Origin: Eubacteriales bacterium
Lineage (GTDB): Bacteria; Bacillota; Clostridia; Oscillospirales; CAG-272
Direction: 5' to 3'
NCBI GenBank assembly: GCA_045588615.1
Contig: JAZNEN010000244.1
Location: 1 to 30,749, forward strand
DNA length: 30,749 nucleotides
Shown in pieces: positions 17,780 to 28,396 of this stretch. Under the pieces are notes generated by a model. That model had not been told where the DNA came from, did no database searches, and saw only the letters and a list, made by a program, of their open reading frames with translations. The position numbers were made by a program, and so were the translations under genes. Position 1 is the first letter of the stretch. Each line of letters begins with the position of its first letter.

Positions 17780-20203
17780 ATGGCAACAAACAGAGAAATT
17801 GAAATCAAAAACAACATTATCGCAAAGCTCACCCGAAATTTCGGAATAACACCCGAACAGGCTCTTGACGATCAGATGTATCACGCAACGCTTCTTACGA
17901 TAAGAGACATTCTTATGCAGAAGAATGCGGAATTTGAAAAGGAAGTACACGAAAAATCCGCAAAGCGCGTTTACTATATGTGCATGGAGTTTCTTGTAGG
18001 TCCATCACTCAAAAACAATCTTATGAACCTCGGTCTTTATTCCGAATACAGCCGTGTTCTTAAAGACTTCGGATTTTCACTGGAAAAATTTATAAAGCAT
18101 GAGGATGACCCTGCACTCGGTAACGGAGGCTTGGGAAGACTTGCATCGTGCTTTATGGACGGTCTTTCTTCTCTTGACTACCCTGCATACGGTTATTCGA
18201 TATGTTACGATTACGGTCTTTTCAAGCAAAAGATCGTTGACGGCGAGCAATATGAATTGCCCGATGTATGGCTTCCCACGGGTGAACCGTGGCTCGTTCC
18301 GAGAACTGACCTCACGTACACCGTAAAGTTCGGCGGACATGTAAAGGAATATTGGCACAACGGCAAAATGCTTGTTGATTATGTTGACTGCGATGAAGTT
18401 CAAGCAGTTCCCTACGATATGATGATATCCGGTGCTGACTCCAAGGCGGTAAACATTCTTCGTCTGTGGCGTGCACACGATCAATCCAAATTCAATATGA
18501 AGCTGTTTTCACAAGGACAGTATATCAAGGCTCTTGAAGACAACACAAATGCAGAAGTAATTTCAAAGGTACTTTATCCCTCTGACAATCATTATGAGGG
18601 TAAACAGCTCCGTCTGACACAGCAGTACTTCTTGGTTTCCGCATCGCTTCAGTGCATATTGAATGAGCATCTTTCTCAGTACGGAACACTTGACAATCTC
18701 GCTGACAAAGTTGCTATTCATATAAATGACACACACCCCGCGCTTTGTGTGCCTGAGCTTATGCGTATTTTGCTTGACGAATGTGCATATGATTGGGATT
18801 CAGCTTGGAATATCGTTACAAAAACAATGTCATACACGAACCACACGGTGCTTCCGGAAGCGCTTGAAACATGGGGAGAGGGTATATTCAAGCTCAAGCT
18901 CCCCAGAATATACACTATTATTTGCGAGATCAACCGCCGTTTCTGTGAGTCTGTCCGTAATTTCTGCGGTAACGAGGACACAGTTGCGCGTATGTCCATC
19001 ATAGGCTACAATCAGGTGAGAATGGCAAACCTTTCCATAGTCGGTTCACACCACGTAAACGGTGTTTCCGGACTTCACTCCGATATTCTTAAAAAGACCA
19101 TATTCTCCGACTTTTACGCTATGACACCCGAAAAGTTCACAAACGTAACAAACGGTATTGCACACCGCCGTTGGCTGTGCTACAGCAACCCAGGTCTTGC
19201 AAACCTGCTTGACAGCACAATAGGCCCCGAATACAGACACTCCCCGTGGGAACTTGAAAAGTTTGTACAGTACAAGGATGATGCAGGGGTTCAGGCAAAG
19301 CTTGAGCAGATAAAGAGAGATAACAAGGAAAGATTCTCCAAGTTCTTGGTTGGCAATCAGAAAACACTTGCGCTCGACTGCGATTCAATATTTGACGTAC
19401 AGATCAAGCGTATGCACGAGTATAAGCGTCAGCTTCTCAACGTGCTCCGTATAATCAATATTTACAACAAGCTTCTTGAAAATCCCGACCTTGAGATGCG
19501 TCCTGTAACATTCATATTCGGCGCGAAGGCTGCTCCCGGTTATTACCGCGCAAAGCAGACTATCAAGCTTATTACACACATTGCATCCGAGATTGAAAAG
19601 AACCCGAAGATAAGACAGAAACTCCGTGTTGTTTTCCTTGAAAACTACTGTGTATCTGCAGCGGAGATCCTTATTCCCTCTGCCGACATAAGTGAGCAGA
19701 TATCTCTTGCAGGCAAGGAAGCAAGCGGTACGGGTAATATGAAGCTTATGATAAACGGTGCTGTTACTATCGGTACGCTTGACGGCGCAAACGTCGAAAT
19801 GCACGAATCCGTTGGTGATGACAACTTCTTCCTGTTCGGACTTACCGCTGATGAGGTTGAAAAAGTATGGAGAGCTGGTTATCGCTCTAACGTATACTAT
19901 ACCCAGAGTGAGACACTCAAGGAAATAATAAACTCTTTGAACAAAGGCTTCAACGGAGTTTCATTCTCCGATTTTGCAAATTACCTGCTGTTCGACGGCG
20001 GTATTCCGGACCCGTATATGTGCTTTGCGGATTTCAATTCATACAATGCAGTTCATAATAATATGGACAAGACGTATGAGGACAGAGCAAAATGGCTTTC
20101 AATGAGTGCCGTAAATATTGCGTGTGCAGGCAGATTTGCCGCGGACAGAGCTGTTAAGGAATACGCTGATAACATTTGGAAGGCTGAACAGATAAAGGAT
20201 TAA
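17780..20203 (+). CDS. glgP: Glycogen/maltodextrin phosphorylase (GT35)
   Basis: ALGNGGLGRLA, INDTHP, YTNHTV, QIKRMHEYKRQ, and the PLP-lysine motif EASGTGNMK. Confidence 0.97.
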   Translation: MATNREIEIKNNIIAKLTRNFGITPEQALDDQMYHATLLTIRDILMQKNAEFEKEVHEKSAKRVYYMCMEFLVGPSLKNNLMNLGLYSEYSRVLKDFGFSLEKFIKHEDDPALGNGGLGRLASCFMDGLSSLDYPAYGYSICYDYGLFKQKIVDGEQYELPDVWLPTGEPWLVPRTDLTYTVKFGGHVKEYWHNGKMLVDYVDCDEVQAVPYDMMISGADSKAVNILRLWRAHDQSKFNMKLFSQGQYIKALEDNTNAEVISKVLYPSDNHYEGKQLRLTQQYFLVSASLQCILNEHLSQYGTLDNLADKVAIHINDTHPALCVPELMRILLDECAYDWDSAWNIVTKTMSYTNHTVLPEALETWGEGIFKLKLPRIYTIICEINRRFCESVRNFCGNEDTVARMSIIGYNQVRMANLSIVGSHHVNGVSGLHSDILKKTIFSDFYAMTPEKFTNVTNGIAHRRWLCYSNPGLANLLDSTIGPEYRHSPWELEKFVQYKDDAGVQAKLEQIKRDNKERFSKFLVGNQKTLALDCDSIFDVQIKRMHEYKRQLLNVLRIINIYNKLLENPDLEMRPVTFIFGAKAAPGYYRAKQTIKLITHIASEIEKNPKIRQKLRVVFLENYCVSAAEILIPSADISEQISLAGKEASGTGNMKLMINGAVTIGTLDGANVEMHESVGDDNFFLFGLTADEVEKVWRAGYRSNVYYTQSETLKEIINSLNKGFNGVSFSDFANYLLFDGGIPDPYMCFADFNSYNAVHNNMDKTYEDRAKWLSMSAVNIACAGRFAADRAVKEYADNIWKAEQIKD

Positions 20204-20206
20204 TTT

Positions 20207-22042
20207 ATGCTTCCATTTTCACTGAAACAGAACGAACCCTTTATCGTAAGGAAAACCGTAGACGGTAAAAACTATTTCAGTTGCGCATTCGAGAAGGGGG
20301 AGATAAAAATCTCCCTTCTTTCTCCGCGTATATACTGTCTTAACGGTTGCACCCTTTTGCTTGAACACGATTTTTCGGATATAACCGATACGTATAAGAT
20401 GGAATATGAAGGGATAGAGAACGGCTTTGACGTATATTCCGTCACCGTGAAACCCGAAGTCGGTCTTTATTACTTCTTTTTCAAATCTGAATGTAACGGA
20501 GAAATATTTACGATTTCTTCGTTGGGAAATGAAAAAAACGGCTATTTAACTGATGGATATCCCGACAAATTTCAGCTTATGGTCTATCACAACGTGTACC
20601 GTCAGGCAAATTGGTTTTCTGAAGGGGCAATGTATCACATATTCGTTGACCGATTCTGCAAAACAAATCACAAAATACCGGTACGTGATGATGCTGTGTA
20701 CATTTCAGATTGGCACGGCGGGGAGGTTGAATACGTTGAATACCCCGGACAACCCCTTAAAAACAACACCTTTTTCGGCGGCAACCTTTACGGTGTTTGC
20801 TCAAAGCTTGATTATTTGCAAGACCTCGGAATAAAGACCATCTATCTTTCGCCCATTTTCAAAGCATATTCAAACCACAAATACGACACAGGCGACTACA
20901 CAAAGATCGACGAAATGTTCGGCGGCGAAGAAGCCTTTGACAAGCTTGTACGTGAAGCGCACAGGCGAGGAATGAAAATAATTCTTGACGGTGTTTTCAA
21001 CCACACGGGCGATGATAGCCTTTATTTCAATAAATATAAAAAATATCCGTCTATAGGCGCATATCACAGCAAAAACTCACAGTATTACAATTGGTACGAT
21101 TTTACAGAGCATCCTGACAAATACAGGGCTTGGTGGGGCATCGGTATTCTGCCGTCGCTTAACCACACAAGAAAGGATTTAAGAGAATTTATATGCGGTG
21201 AAAACGGTGTCATAAGATATTGGCTTCGCCGCGGTGCCGACGGTTGGCGTCTTGACGTTGCGGATGAGCTTCCGGAGGATCTTCTGTATGACATCAAAAA
21301 AGCATGTGACACGGAAAAGCCGGGCTCTCTTCTGATAGGCGAGGTTTGGGAGGATGCGTCAAACAAGATAGCATATAGCCACCGCCGCCATTATTTTGAA
21401 GGTAAACAGCTTGACGGTGTAATGAATTACCCCCTGCGTAACGCAATTATCGATTTTGCAAAGTATAAGGATGAAAAGGCACTTGAATATGCCTTGACGA
21501 TCCTTTCGCGCCATTATCCGCACGGTGATCTTTTGCACGCGATGAACTTCTTGGGCACTCACGATACGGAAAGAATACTGACCGTTTTAGGCGGTAAGGA
21601 TATGTCGGGAGAAGCGGGCAGTGTACTTGCGAAAACACGCATGACGGAGGATGAACTCAAACTCGGCAAAGCCCGTCTTAAGCTTGCATTTGCCCTGCTT
21701 GTATGTGCACCGGGTGTACCTTGCATCTATTACGGAGACGAGGCGGGATGCGAGGGCTACCGAGACCCGTTCAACCGCCGACCGTACCCATGGGGACGTG
21801 AGGACGGTGAGCTTGTGGAATTTTTCAAAAACACTCTGAAGCTCCGCGACACACATGACGCTTTAAAGTACGGAACAACAGAAGTGTTGAAGACTTCAAG
21901 CGGAGTTATTGTATTTAAAAGAGAGTATCAGGACAACCGTATTCTTTGCGTATTCAATGCAAACATACACAGCGTAAGCGTAAACCTTCAGCATATGAAG
22001 CTGTCGCTTGATGCTATGTCCTTTACAACGGTCGAATACTGA
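20207..22042 (+). CDS. GH13 glycoside hydrolase (neopullulanase/amylopullulanase-like)
   Basis: YHIFVDRF, SNHKYDT, DGVFNH; catalytic motifs GWRLDVADE, GEVWED, THDTER; IYYGDE. No signal peptide evident. Confidence 0.9.
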   Translation: MLPFSLKQNEPFIVRKTVDGKNYFSCAFEKGEIKISLLSPRIYCLNGCTLLLEHDFSDITDTYKMEYEGIENGFDVYSVTVKPEVGLYYFFFKSECNGEIFTISSLGNEKNGYLTDGYPDKFQLMVYHNVYRQANWFSEGAMYHIFVDRFCKTNHKIPVRDDAVYISDWHGGEVEYVEYPGQPLKNNTFFGGNLYGVCSKLDYLQDLGIKTIYLSPIFKAYSNHKYDTGDYTKIDEMFGGEEAFDKLVREAHRRGMKIILDGVFNHTGDDSLYFNKYKKYPSIGAYHSKNSQYYNWYDFTEHPDKYRAWWGIGILPSLNHTRKDLREFICGENGVIRYWLRRGADGWRLDVADELPEDLLYDIKKACDTEKPGSLLIGEVWEDASNKIAYSHRRHYFEGKQLDGVMNYPLRNAIIDFAKYKDEKALEYALTILSRHYPHGDLLHAMNFLGTHDTERILTVLGGKDMSGEAGSVLAKTRMTEDELKLGKARLKLAFALLVCAPGVPCIYYGDEAGCEGYRDPFNRRPYPWGREDGELVEFFKNTLKLRDTHDALKYGTTEVLKTSSGVIVFKREYQDNRILCVFNANIHSVSVNLQHMKLSLDAMSFTTVEY

Positions 22043-22057
22043 TGAAAGGTATAGAAA

Positions 22058-24280
22058 ATGGTTAATGTTATAAAGAAAGGCGTCGTTTACCGTAAGGGAA
22101 AAGGATTGGAAATATCAGATCTTAACGATGAACAGATAGAGCCGGCACGCAAAAAGACGATAGCTTATCCGATCCTCACATCGCACAGCACAAGTGACGG
22201 TGACGACCTTAAAATAAAATTCGATGCCATGGCATCTCACGACATAACGTATGTCGGCATCATACAGACAGCAAGAGCGTCGGGGCTTAAAGAGTTCCCT
22301 GTTCCGTATGTTCTTACGAACTGCCACAATTCACTTTGCGCTGTCGGCGGCACAATAAACGAGGACGACCACGTTTTCGGTCTGTCAGCGGCAAAGAAAT
22401 ACGGCGGTATTTACGTTCCCGCACATCAGGCTGTTATACACTCCTATATGCGTGAAATGATGGCAGGATGCGGAAAAATGATAATCGGTTCGGACTCCCA
22501 CACGCGTTACGGAGCACTCGGCACAATGGCTGTCGGCGAAGGCGGCCCTGAGCTTGTAAAACAGCTTCTCGGAAGAACTTACGATATAAAACGTCCCGGC
22601 GTTATCGCCGTTCATCTGACAGGCAAGCCGCGTGCGGGCATCGGTCCTCACGACGTGGCAATTGCACTTATCGGTGCCGTATTCAAGGACGGATTTGTTA
22701 AAAATAAGGTACTTGAATTTATCGGTGACGGTATTGCAAATCTGCCCATCGAATTCCGTAACGGAATCGACGTTATGACAACGGAAACAACGTGTCTTTC
22801 ATCCATCTGGGTGACGGATGAAGAAACAAAGAGATATTATGCGCTTCACGGAAGAAGCGAGGACTTCAAGGCTCTTTCCCCCGAGGACGGTGCATACTAT
22901 GACGGTGCTGTTGAAATTGATCTTTCAAAAATGGAATCCATGATCGCACTCCCCATCCACCCGTCAAATGCATATACAATAAAGGAATTTAATGCAAATG
23001 CAAAGGATATCTTGGCTGAGGTATCCGAGAAGGCGGCAAAGGAGCTTGGTGTTCCCACATTCTCGCTTGTTGACAAATATCACGATGGCGGCGTGTGGGC
23101 TGACCAGGGTGTAATTGCAGGCTGTGCAGGCGGTATATTTGACAACGTATGCGCCGCCGGCGACATACTCAGAGGAAAAAGCATCGGATGCGAAGCCTTT
23201 GCACTTTCCGTATATCCTGCAAGCCAACCCGCCTACTTACAGCTTATTAAAAACGGTATCTGTGCAGATCTTATGTCTGCAGGTGCAACGCTCCGCACAG
23301 CATTCTGCGGTCCTTGCTTCGGTGCAGGTGACGTACCGTCAAACAACGGACTATCCCTTCGCCACACCACAAGAAACTTCGCAAACAGAGAAGGTTCAAA
23401 GCCCGGTGAAGGACAGATCGCATCCGTTGCGCTTATGGATGCACGCTCAATTGCGGCAACAGCGGCAAACGGCGGTAAAATAACAGCGGCAACAGATATT
23501 GACGTTGAATACAAAACTTACGAATATAAGTTTGACAAATCCGTTTATACTAACCGTGTATACTTCGGTTACGGCAAAGCAAATAATGAGGAAAAGCTCA
23601 TTCTCGGTCCTAACATTACAGACTGGCCCGAAATGGTTTCCCTTTCCGACAATCTCGTTTTGCAGGTCGCATCTTACATCACAGACCCCGTAACAACAAC
23701 TGACGAGCTTATCCCTTCAGGCGAGTCATCATCTTACCGTTCAAATCCCCACCGTCTTTCTGAGCTTACGCTTTCGCGAAAGGATCCTGCATATGTAGGA
23801 CGTGCAAAGGCAATAAGAGAGGTTGAATATGCACGCCGTGACGGTAAAAAAGTATTTGACGGTATGCTTTCAAAGATTGCCGAAAAGCACGGATTTAATG
23901 AGGAAAACACCGTTGTCGGAAGCGTTATTTTCGCAAACAAGCCCGGTGACGGCTCTGCACGTGAGCAGGCGGCATCGTGTCAGCGTGTCCTCGGCGGCTG
24001 TGCAAACATCGCAGTTGAGTATGCGACAAAACGATACAGAAGCAATGTCATAAACTGGGGTATGATTCCGTTTACAGTTGATGAAGCACCTGAGTTTTCC
24101 GTGGGTGACTATGTGGTTATTCCCGATATAAAGAGTGCAGTCGAAAACGCTTTACCTACAGTTACGGCTTACGTGTATGGTGAAAACGAAAAAACGCTCA
24201 AGCTTACAATGCCTGAGCTTACAGACGACGAAAGAAAAATAATTCTTGCGGGCTGTCTTATCAATTTTTACAAATATTAA
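22058..24280 (+). CDS. Aconitase-family [4Fe-4S] hydratase (YbhJ-like)
   Basis: [54 protein letters not shown]. Substrate cannot be determined from sequence. Confidence 0.88.
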   Translation: MVNVIKKGVVYRKGKGLEISDLNDEQIEPARKKTIAYPILTSHSTSDGDDLKIKFDAMASHDITYVGIIQTARASGLKEFPVPYVLTNCHNSLCAVGGTINEDDHVFGLSAAKKYGGIYVPAHQAVIHSYMREMMAGCGKMIIGSDSHTRYGALGTMAVGEGGPELVKQLLGRTYDIKRPGVIAVHLTGKPRAGIGPHDVAIALIGAVFKDGFVKNKVLEFIGDGIANLPIEFRNGIDVMTTETTCLSSIWVTDEETKRYYALHGRSEDFKALSPEDGAYYDGAVEIDLSKMESMIALPIHPSNAYTIKEFNANAKDILAEVSEKAAKELGVPTFSLVDKYHDGGVWADQGVIAGCAGGIFDNVCAAGDILRGKSIGCEAFALSVYPASQPAYLQLIKNGICADLMSAGATLRTAFCGPCFGAGDVPSNNGLSLRHTTRNFANREGSKPGEGQIASVALMDARSIAATAANGGKITAATDIDVEYKTYEYKFDKSVYTNRVYFGYGKANNEEKLILGPNITDWPEMVSLSDNLVLQVASYITDPVTTTDELIPSGESSSYRSNPHRLSELTLSRKDPAYVGRAKAIREVEYARRDGKKVFDGMLSKIAEKHGFNEENTVVGSVIFANKPGDGSAREQAASCQRVLGGCANIAVEYATKRYRSNVINWGMIPFTVDEAPEFSVGDYVVIPDIKSAVENALPTVTAYVYGENEKTLKLTMPELTDDERKIILAGCLINFYKY

Positions 24281-24328
24281 TTAAGTGAAAATTATCATAT
24301 ATTATTTTTTGAAAGTTTCATTTTCTTC

Positions 24329-24357
24329 TTGATATTATCAGGAAATTGTTGTATAAT
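24329..24357 (+). promoter_or_regulatory. Sigma-A promoter of gap
   Basis: TTGATA, 17 bp, TATAAT. Confidence 0.8.
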
Positions 24358-24395
24358 CTCTGTCAAATAATATATTTATTTTGGAGGATAAAATC

Positions 24396-25409
24396 ATGGC
24401 AGTAAAAGTTGCTATTAACGGCTTTGGCCGTATCGGAAGACTTGCTTTCCGTCAGATGTTTGGTGCAGAGGGTTACGAAGTTGTAGCCATCAACGACCTT
24501 ACAGATCCCAAGATGCTTGCTCACCTTCTCAAGTATGACACAGCCCAGGGCAGATACAACGGTCACACAGTTGAATGTGACGACAAGTCCATCACAGTTG
24601 ACGGCAAGAACATCAGAATCTACAGCGAAAAGGACGCAAAGGATCTTCCTTGGGGCGAAATCGGTGTTGATGTTGTTCTCGAATGCACAGGCTTCTACAC
24701 ATCCAAGGCTAAAGCACAGGCTCACATCGACGCAGGTGCAAAGAAAGTTGTTATTTCTGCTCCCGCAGGTAACGATCTTCCCACAATCGTATTCAGCGTA
24801 AACGAAAATACACTTACAAAGGATGACACGATCATTTCCGCTGCATCCTGCACAACAAACTGCTTGGCTCCTATGGCTAAGGCTCTTAACGATTATGCTC
24901 CTATTCAGAGCGGTATTATGTCAACGATCCACGCTTACACAGGCGACCAAATGATCCTTGACGGTCCTCACAGAAAGGGTGACCTCCGCCGTGCAAGAGC
25001 AGGTGCTGCAAACATCGTTCCTAACTCCACAGGTGCTGCAAAGGCTATCGGTCTTGTTATTCCCGAACTCAACGGCAAGCTCATCGGTTCTGCACAGAGA
25101 GTTCCCACACCCACAGGATCTACAACAATTCTCGTTGCAGTTGTTAAGGGCAAGGACGTAACAAAGGAAGGCATCAACGCTGCTATGGCTGCTAAGGCAT
25201 CCGATTCCTTCGGTTACAACACAGATGAAATCGTTTCTTCCGATATCATCGGTTCCACATACGGTTCTATCTTCGATGCAACACAGACAATGGTTGCAAA
25301 GATCGATGACGACACTTACCAGGTTCAGGTAGTTGCATGGTATGACAACGAAAACTCCTACACAAGCCAGATGGTAAGAACAATCAAGTATTTCGCAGAA
25401 CTTGCATAA
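24396..25409 (+). CDS. gap: Type I glyceraldehyde-3-phosphate dehydrogenase
   Basis: [29 protein letters not shown] at 24383-24387 supports ATG 24396. Confidence 0.98.
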   Translation: MAVKVAINGFGRIGRLAFRQMFGAEGYEVVAINDLTDPKMLAHLLKYDTAQGRYNGHTVECDDKSITVDGKNIRIYSEKDAKDLPWGEIGVDVVLECTGFYTSKAKAQAHIDAGAKKVVISAPAGNDLPTIVFSVNENTLTKDDTIISAASCTTNCLAPMAKALNDYAPIQSGIMSTIHAYTGDQMILDGPHRKGDLRRARAGAANIVPNSTGAAKAIGLVIPELNGKLIGSAQRVPTPTGSTTILVAVVKGKDVTKEGINAAMAAKASDSFGYNTDEIVSSDIIGSTYGSIFDATQTMVAKIDDDTYQVQVVAWYDNENSYTSQMVRTIKYFAELA

Positions 25410-25423
25410 TTAAAGCATTGATA

Positions 25424-25456
25424 AAAAAACGGTTGGAATTGTTCCAACCGTTTTTT
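25424..25456. terminator. Bidirectional intrinsic terminator
   Basis: AAAAAACGGTTGGAA-TTG-TTCCAACCGTTTTTT, between gap and a convergent gene. Confidence 0.9.
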
Positions 25457-25476
25457 ATTTCATCGAAAACTATATA

Positions 25477-25797
25477 TTATTTTGTAAACTGCACTATTCT
25501 GTCATATTTACAGTTGCGGAAGTATAATCCGACATCTATTGATATTTCTATGAAATTCAGTATGTAAAAAAAGAAACTTAAAAAGAATATTCCGCCTGTA
25601 CAGCCGAGTACAGTGAGCTGTATTATTTTACGTAAAATTCCGAATGCGTATCCGACAAGCAAAAACACCTCAAAAAACAAGCTTTTTCCCTTCGCTGTTT
25701 TTGATATGAGGGATTTACGTATAGAAATCGGCCATGACAGACCGAAGCAAAGTATCGTAAACGCTTCCATTAATTCAGTAATATAAGAAATTTCCAT
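25477..25797 (-). CDS. Small 3-TM membrane protein, PQ-loop/SemiSWEET-like
   Basis: 106 aa with three hydrophobic helices; CFGLSWP..IRK...KTAKGKS.FF resembles the PQ-loop pattern. AGGAG RBS. Confidence 0.6.
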   Translation of the reverse strand: MEISYITELMEAFTILCFGLSWPISIRKSLISKTAKGKSLFFEVFLLVGYAFGILRKIIQLTVLGCTGGIFFLSFFFYILNFIEISIDVGLYFRNCKYDRIVQFTK

Positions 25798-25812
25798 TTA
25801 TAATTCTCCTTC

Positions 25813-25841
25813 TTGACATCTCATTTGATATGTATTATAAT
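25813..25841 (+). promoter_or_regulatory. Consensus sigma-A promoter toward lysR
   Basis: TTGACA, 17 bp, TATAAT. Confidence 0.85.
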
Positions 25842-25862
25842 ACAACTCGAGGTATATGTAAA
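25834..25862 (-). promoter_or_regulatory. Sigma-A promoter toward the PQ-loop-like gene
   Basis: Minus strand TTTACA, 17 bp, TATAAT; its -10 overlaps the lysR -10. Confidence 0.7.
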
Positions 25863-25909
25863 ATATATATCTAACATATCAACTATATCATTTCAATATG
25901 GAGTTTTAT

Positions 25910-26788
25910 ATGAATATCAGTTACGATTACTATAAAGTTTTCTACAATGTTGCCAAATATAAGAGTTTTACAAGGGCAGCAGAGGTTATGTACTGCAATC
26001 AACCCAATTTAACAAGGGCAATAAAAACACTTGAACGTCAGCTCGGATGCACATTGTTTGAACGAACGAACAAGGGTGTTACATTGACAGAAGACGGAAA
26101 GGAGCTTTACGAGCACATATGTATCGCATTCGAGCACATTCAGGCGGGCGAAGAAGCGGTTTCGGCTAAGCACAGTATGGACAGCGGTGTTGTTTCAATA
26201 GGTGCTACCGAAATTGCCCTGCGCTGTTGTCTTTTGCCAATTTTAAGTAACTATCACCGGCTTTATCCGGGTGTAAGAATAAAAATATTAAACGTTTCAA
26301 CGCCGCAAGCACTAAAAATAATAGATAATCAGCTGGTTGATATTGCGGTTGTTACGACTCCCGCAGATATAAGAAACAAGCTTTCAATAACAAAGCTTTG
26401 CAATTTGCAGGAAGTGCCTGTATGCGGCGACAGCTTCGACATTCAGGGTGATGTGATGCTTGACAGACTGCTTGAATATCCTATAATTTCTCTCGGTGCA
26501 GGTACCTCTACGTTTGATTTTTATTTTGAGGAATTTCTGAAGCGCAACTGTCACTTTTCCCCTGACATTGAAGCCGCAACAGCCGATCAGATAATCCCGC
26601 TTGTCAAATACGGACTCGGCATAGGATTTGTTCCGGAACAGTTCCTTGAAGATGAGAACGGTATACACAAAATTTCGCTGACAAAACCGCTTCCGCCAAG
26701 ACAGATAATTCTTGTAAAGAAAAAAGATCACAGCTTATCATTACCCGCAAAAGAACTTGTAAATATGATAAACGAAGAGTATAAATAG
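25910..26788 (+). CDS. LysR-family transcriptional regulator
   Basis: SFTRAAEVMYCNQPNLTRAIKTLERQLGCTLFERTNKGVTLTEDG followed by a LysR substrate-binding domain. Start moved to ATG 25910 (GGAG RBS). Confidence 0.95.
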   Translation: MNISYDYYKVFYNVAKYKSFTRAAEVMYCNQPNLTRAIKTLERQLGCTLFERTNKGVTLTEDGKELYEHICIAFEHIQAGEEAVSAKHSMDSGVVSIGATEIALRCCLLPILSNYHRLYPGVRIKILNVSTPQALKIIDNQLVDIAVVTTPADIRNKLSITKLCNLQEVPVCGDSFDIQGDVMLDRLLEYPIISLGAGTSTFDFYFEEFLKRNCHFSPDIEAATADQIIPLVKYGLGIGFVPEQFLEDENGIHKISLTKPLPPRQIILVKKKDHSLSLPAKELVNMINEEYK

Positions 26789-26798
26789 AGAAACAGTA

Positions 26799-26832
26799 AA
26801 AGCCGAGACTGATATTTTAAAGTCTCAGCTTT
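26799..26832. terminator. Probable bidirectional terminator
   Basis: AAAGCCGAGACT-N10-AGTCTCAGCTTT (one mismatch), between convergent lysR and lplA. Confidence 0.7.
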
Positions 26833-26842
26833 TATCTGTTTA

Positions 26843-27829
26843 TCATATATTCTGTTTTTCGAGAAGCTTACAAATATCATTGCTCTTCTCTTTATCGCCC
26901 ATTTTATCCGTTATGGCTTTCTGCATATCAGAGCATATAAAGCGACAGCCTGTAAGAGCTTTTGATACTTCATCCGATATTTCCCAATCCATTGCGTCAG
27001 AATATATCTGAGCTGTTTTGATATGCCCCGATTCAACCTGAAGCTGAAACGATATGCTTCCCCACGAAAATCTGTCCTCACAGCTGAATGTAAACGGTAA
27101 TCGCCGACCGTAAAGCCATTCCCAGCTTCCAAACTCCTCGGCGTAAGCATTTACAGTTTTGATTTCTTCCTCACTTAATATAATTTGGCAAATATCATAT
27201 CCGTATACCTTTGAAAATGCCCTTTTCATATACTCTGCCATACTTTCACACGTAAGACTCGGCACAAGCGCTTTGAGATTTGTCACACGTGAACGTACAG
27301 AGGCAACACCTTTAGCCTCTAATTTTGCCTTTGACGGAGTAAGATAACGCGAGAGCTTCCCCATGTCGGCATCTACAAGAAGCGTACCGTGATGGTATGC
27401 GCGCCCCTGACTGTGGTAAAAGGCATTTCCGGAGAATTTATGCCCCTGCACAAGCAGGTCGTTTCTTCCTGACTTTTCGGCAGTAAGACCGATAGATGCA
27501 CACGCTGTCTGAATTACAGAAAGTTGACGGTCAACATCAAAATCTTCATCACGCACCAAAAAAGTAAAATTCAAATTCCCGACATCGTGGAAGACCGCGC
27601 CTCCGCCTGAAAGACGGCGAGCGAGCTTTCCGCCCTCCTCCTCCAAAAGCGAGGTGCGGCACTCCGCCCAAGCATTTTGATTCCGCCCGATAACAACCGT
27701 ATTCTGATTTTGCCACAGGTAAAGAATACAACAGCCTTCTGAAACGCTTTCAAGCAAAAATTTTTCCGTTGCGATATTGAAATACGGATCAACACATGTG
27801 CTGTTATATGCGTATATTTTTTCAATCAT
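26843..27829 (-). CDS. lplA: Lipoate--protein ligase A
   Basis: LWQNQNTVVIGRNQN, RRLSGGGAVFHD, RNDL, KFSGNAF, HHGTLL, KGVASVRSRV; C-terminal accessory domain present. Confidence 0.94.
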   Translation of the reverse strand: MIEKIYAYNSTCVDPYFNIATEKFLLESVSEGCCILYLWQNQNTVVIGRNQNAWAECRTSLLEEEGGKLARRLSGGGAVFHDVGNLNFTFLVRDEDFDVDRQLSVIQTACASIGLTAEKSGRNDLLVQGHKFSGNAFYHSQGRAYHHGTLLVDADMGKLSRYLTPSKAKLEAKGVASVRSRVTNLKALVPSLTCESMAEYMKRAFSKVYGYDICQIILSEEEIKTVNAYAEEFGSWEWLYGRRLPFTFSCEDRFSWGSISFQLQVESGHIKTAQIYSDAMDWEISDEVSKALTGCRFICSDMQKAITDKMGDKEKSNDICKLLEKQNI

Positions 27830-28371
27830 AACATTTCTTCATTGTATACTGCCCTTGCACCTCCGATAAATTTCGGGCGTGTGCGTGCGGCAAGAACCAT
27901 TGCTTCTCCTATTTTATTGTTTTCAAGGCGCAACGGAACTGCAACCTTTTTCAAGTGCATTCCTATCATAGTAAATCCGATGTCAAGCCCTGCATCTGCT
28001 TTTACTTCTTCAATTGCCACGGGATCTTCAAAGCCCTCGTAAGCCTTTGTTGCCAATGAACCGCCTGCCTTCGGCTGAGGTTTTACATTAACGATTTCAG
28101 AAAACGGCACAGCCTTTCGTTCTGTGATAATTGCACGGTTCAAATGCTCACAGCATTGAATAGCTAAAAACAGTCCTTTGCTTTCTGTATATTCGTGAAG
28201 CGCTTTAAAAATTTCACCTGCGACATCGGGATTGGAATTAGTTCCTATTTTCGCCCCTGTAACCTCACTTGTAGAACAGCCGACAACTATAATATCACCT
28301 TTTTTTAGATTTGCCTTTTCGCAAAGCTCTTTAATTGAAGCTTGTGTTTGCTCGTATATTGATTTATTCAT
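27826..28371 (-). CDS. ywlG: TIGR01440/DUF436 (YwlG-family) protein
   Basis: VVGCSTSEV, QCCEHLNRA, PQPKAGGS, AGLDIG, IGMHLKKVAVP, ARTRPKFIGGARA. GGAGG RBS supports ATG 28371. Confidence 0.9.
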   Translation of the reverse strand: MNKSIYEQTQASIKELCEKANLKKGDIIVVGCSTSEVTGAKIGTNSNPDVAGEIFKALHEYTESKGLFLAIQCCEHLNRAIITERKAVPFSEIVNVKPQPKAGGSLATKAYEGFEDPVAIEEVKADAGLDIGFTMIGMHLKKVAVPLRLENNKIGEAMVLAARTRPKFIGGARAVYNEEML

Positions 28372-28396
28372 AAAAACACCTCCGAATAACACGTGA

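Noticed and set aside
24283-24320. Rex-like site (AAGTGAAAATTATCATAT) and TGAAAGTTTCA upstream of gap
   Set aside because: Several mismatches or wrong spacing versus TTGTGAA-N4-TTCACAA, in very AT-rich DNA.
24363-25177. Antisense and alternate-frame ORFs over gap, and similar shadow ORFs over all other genes
   Set aside because: No RBS or recognisable motifs; expected by-products of codon bias in real genes.
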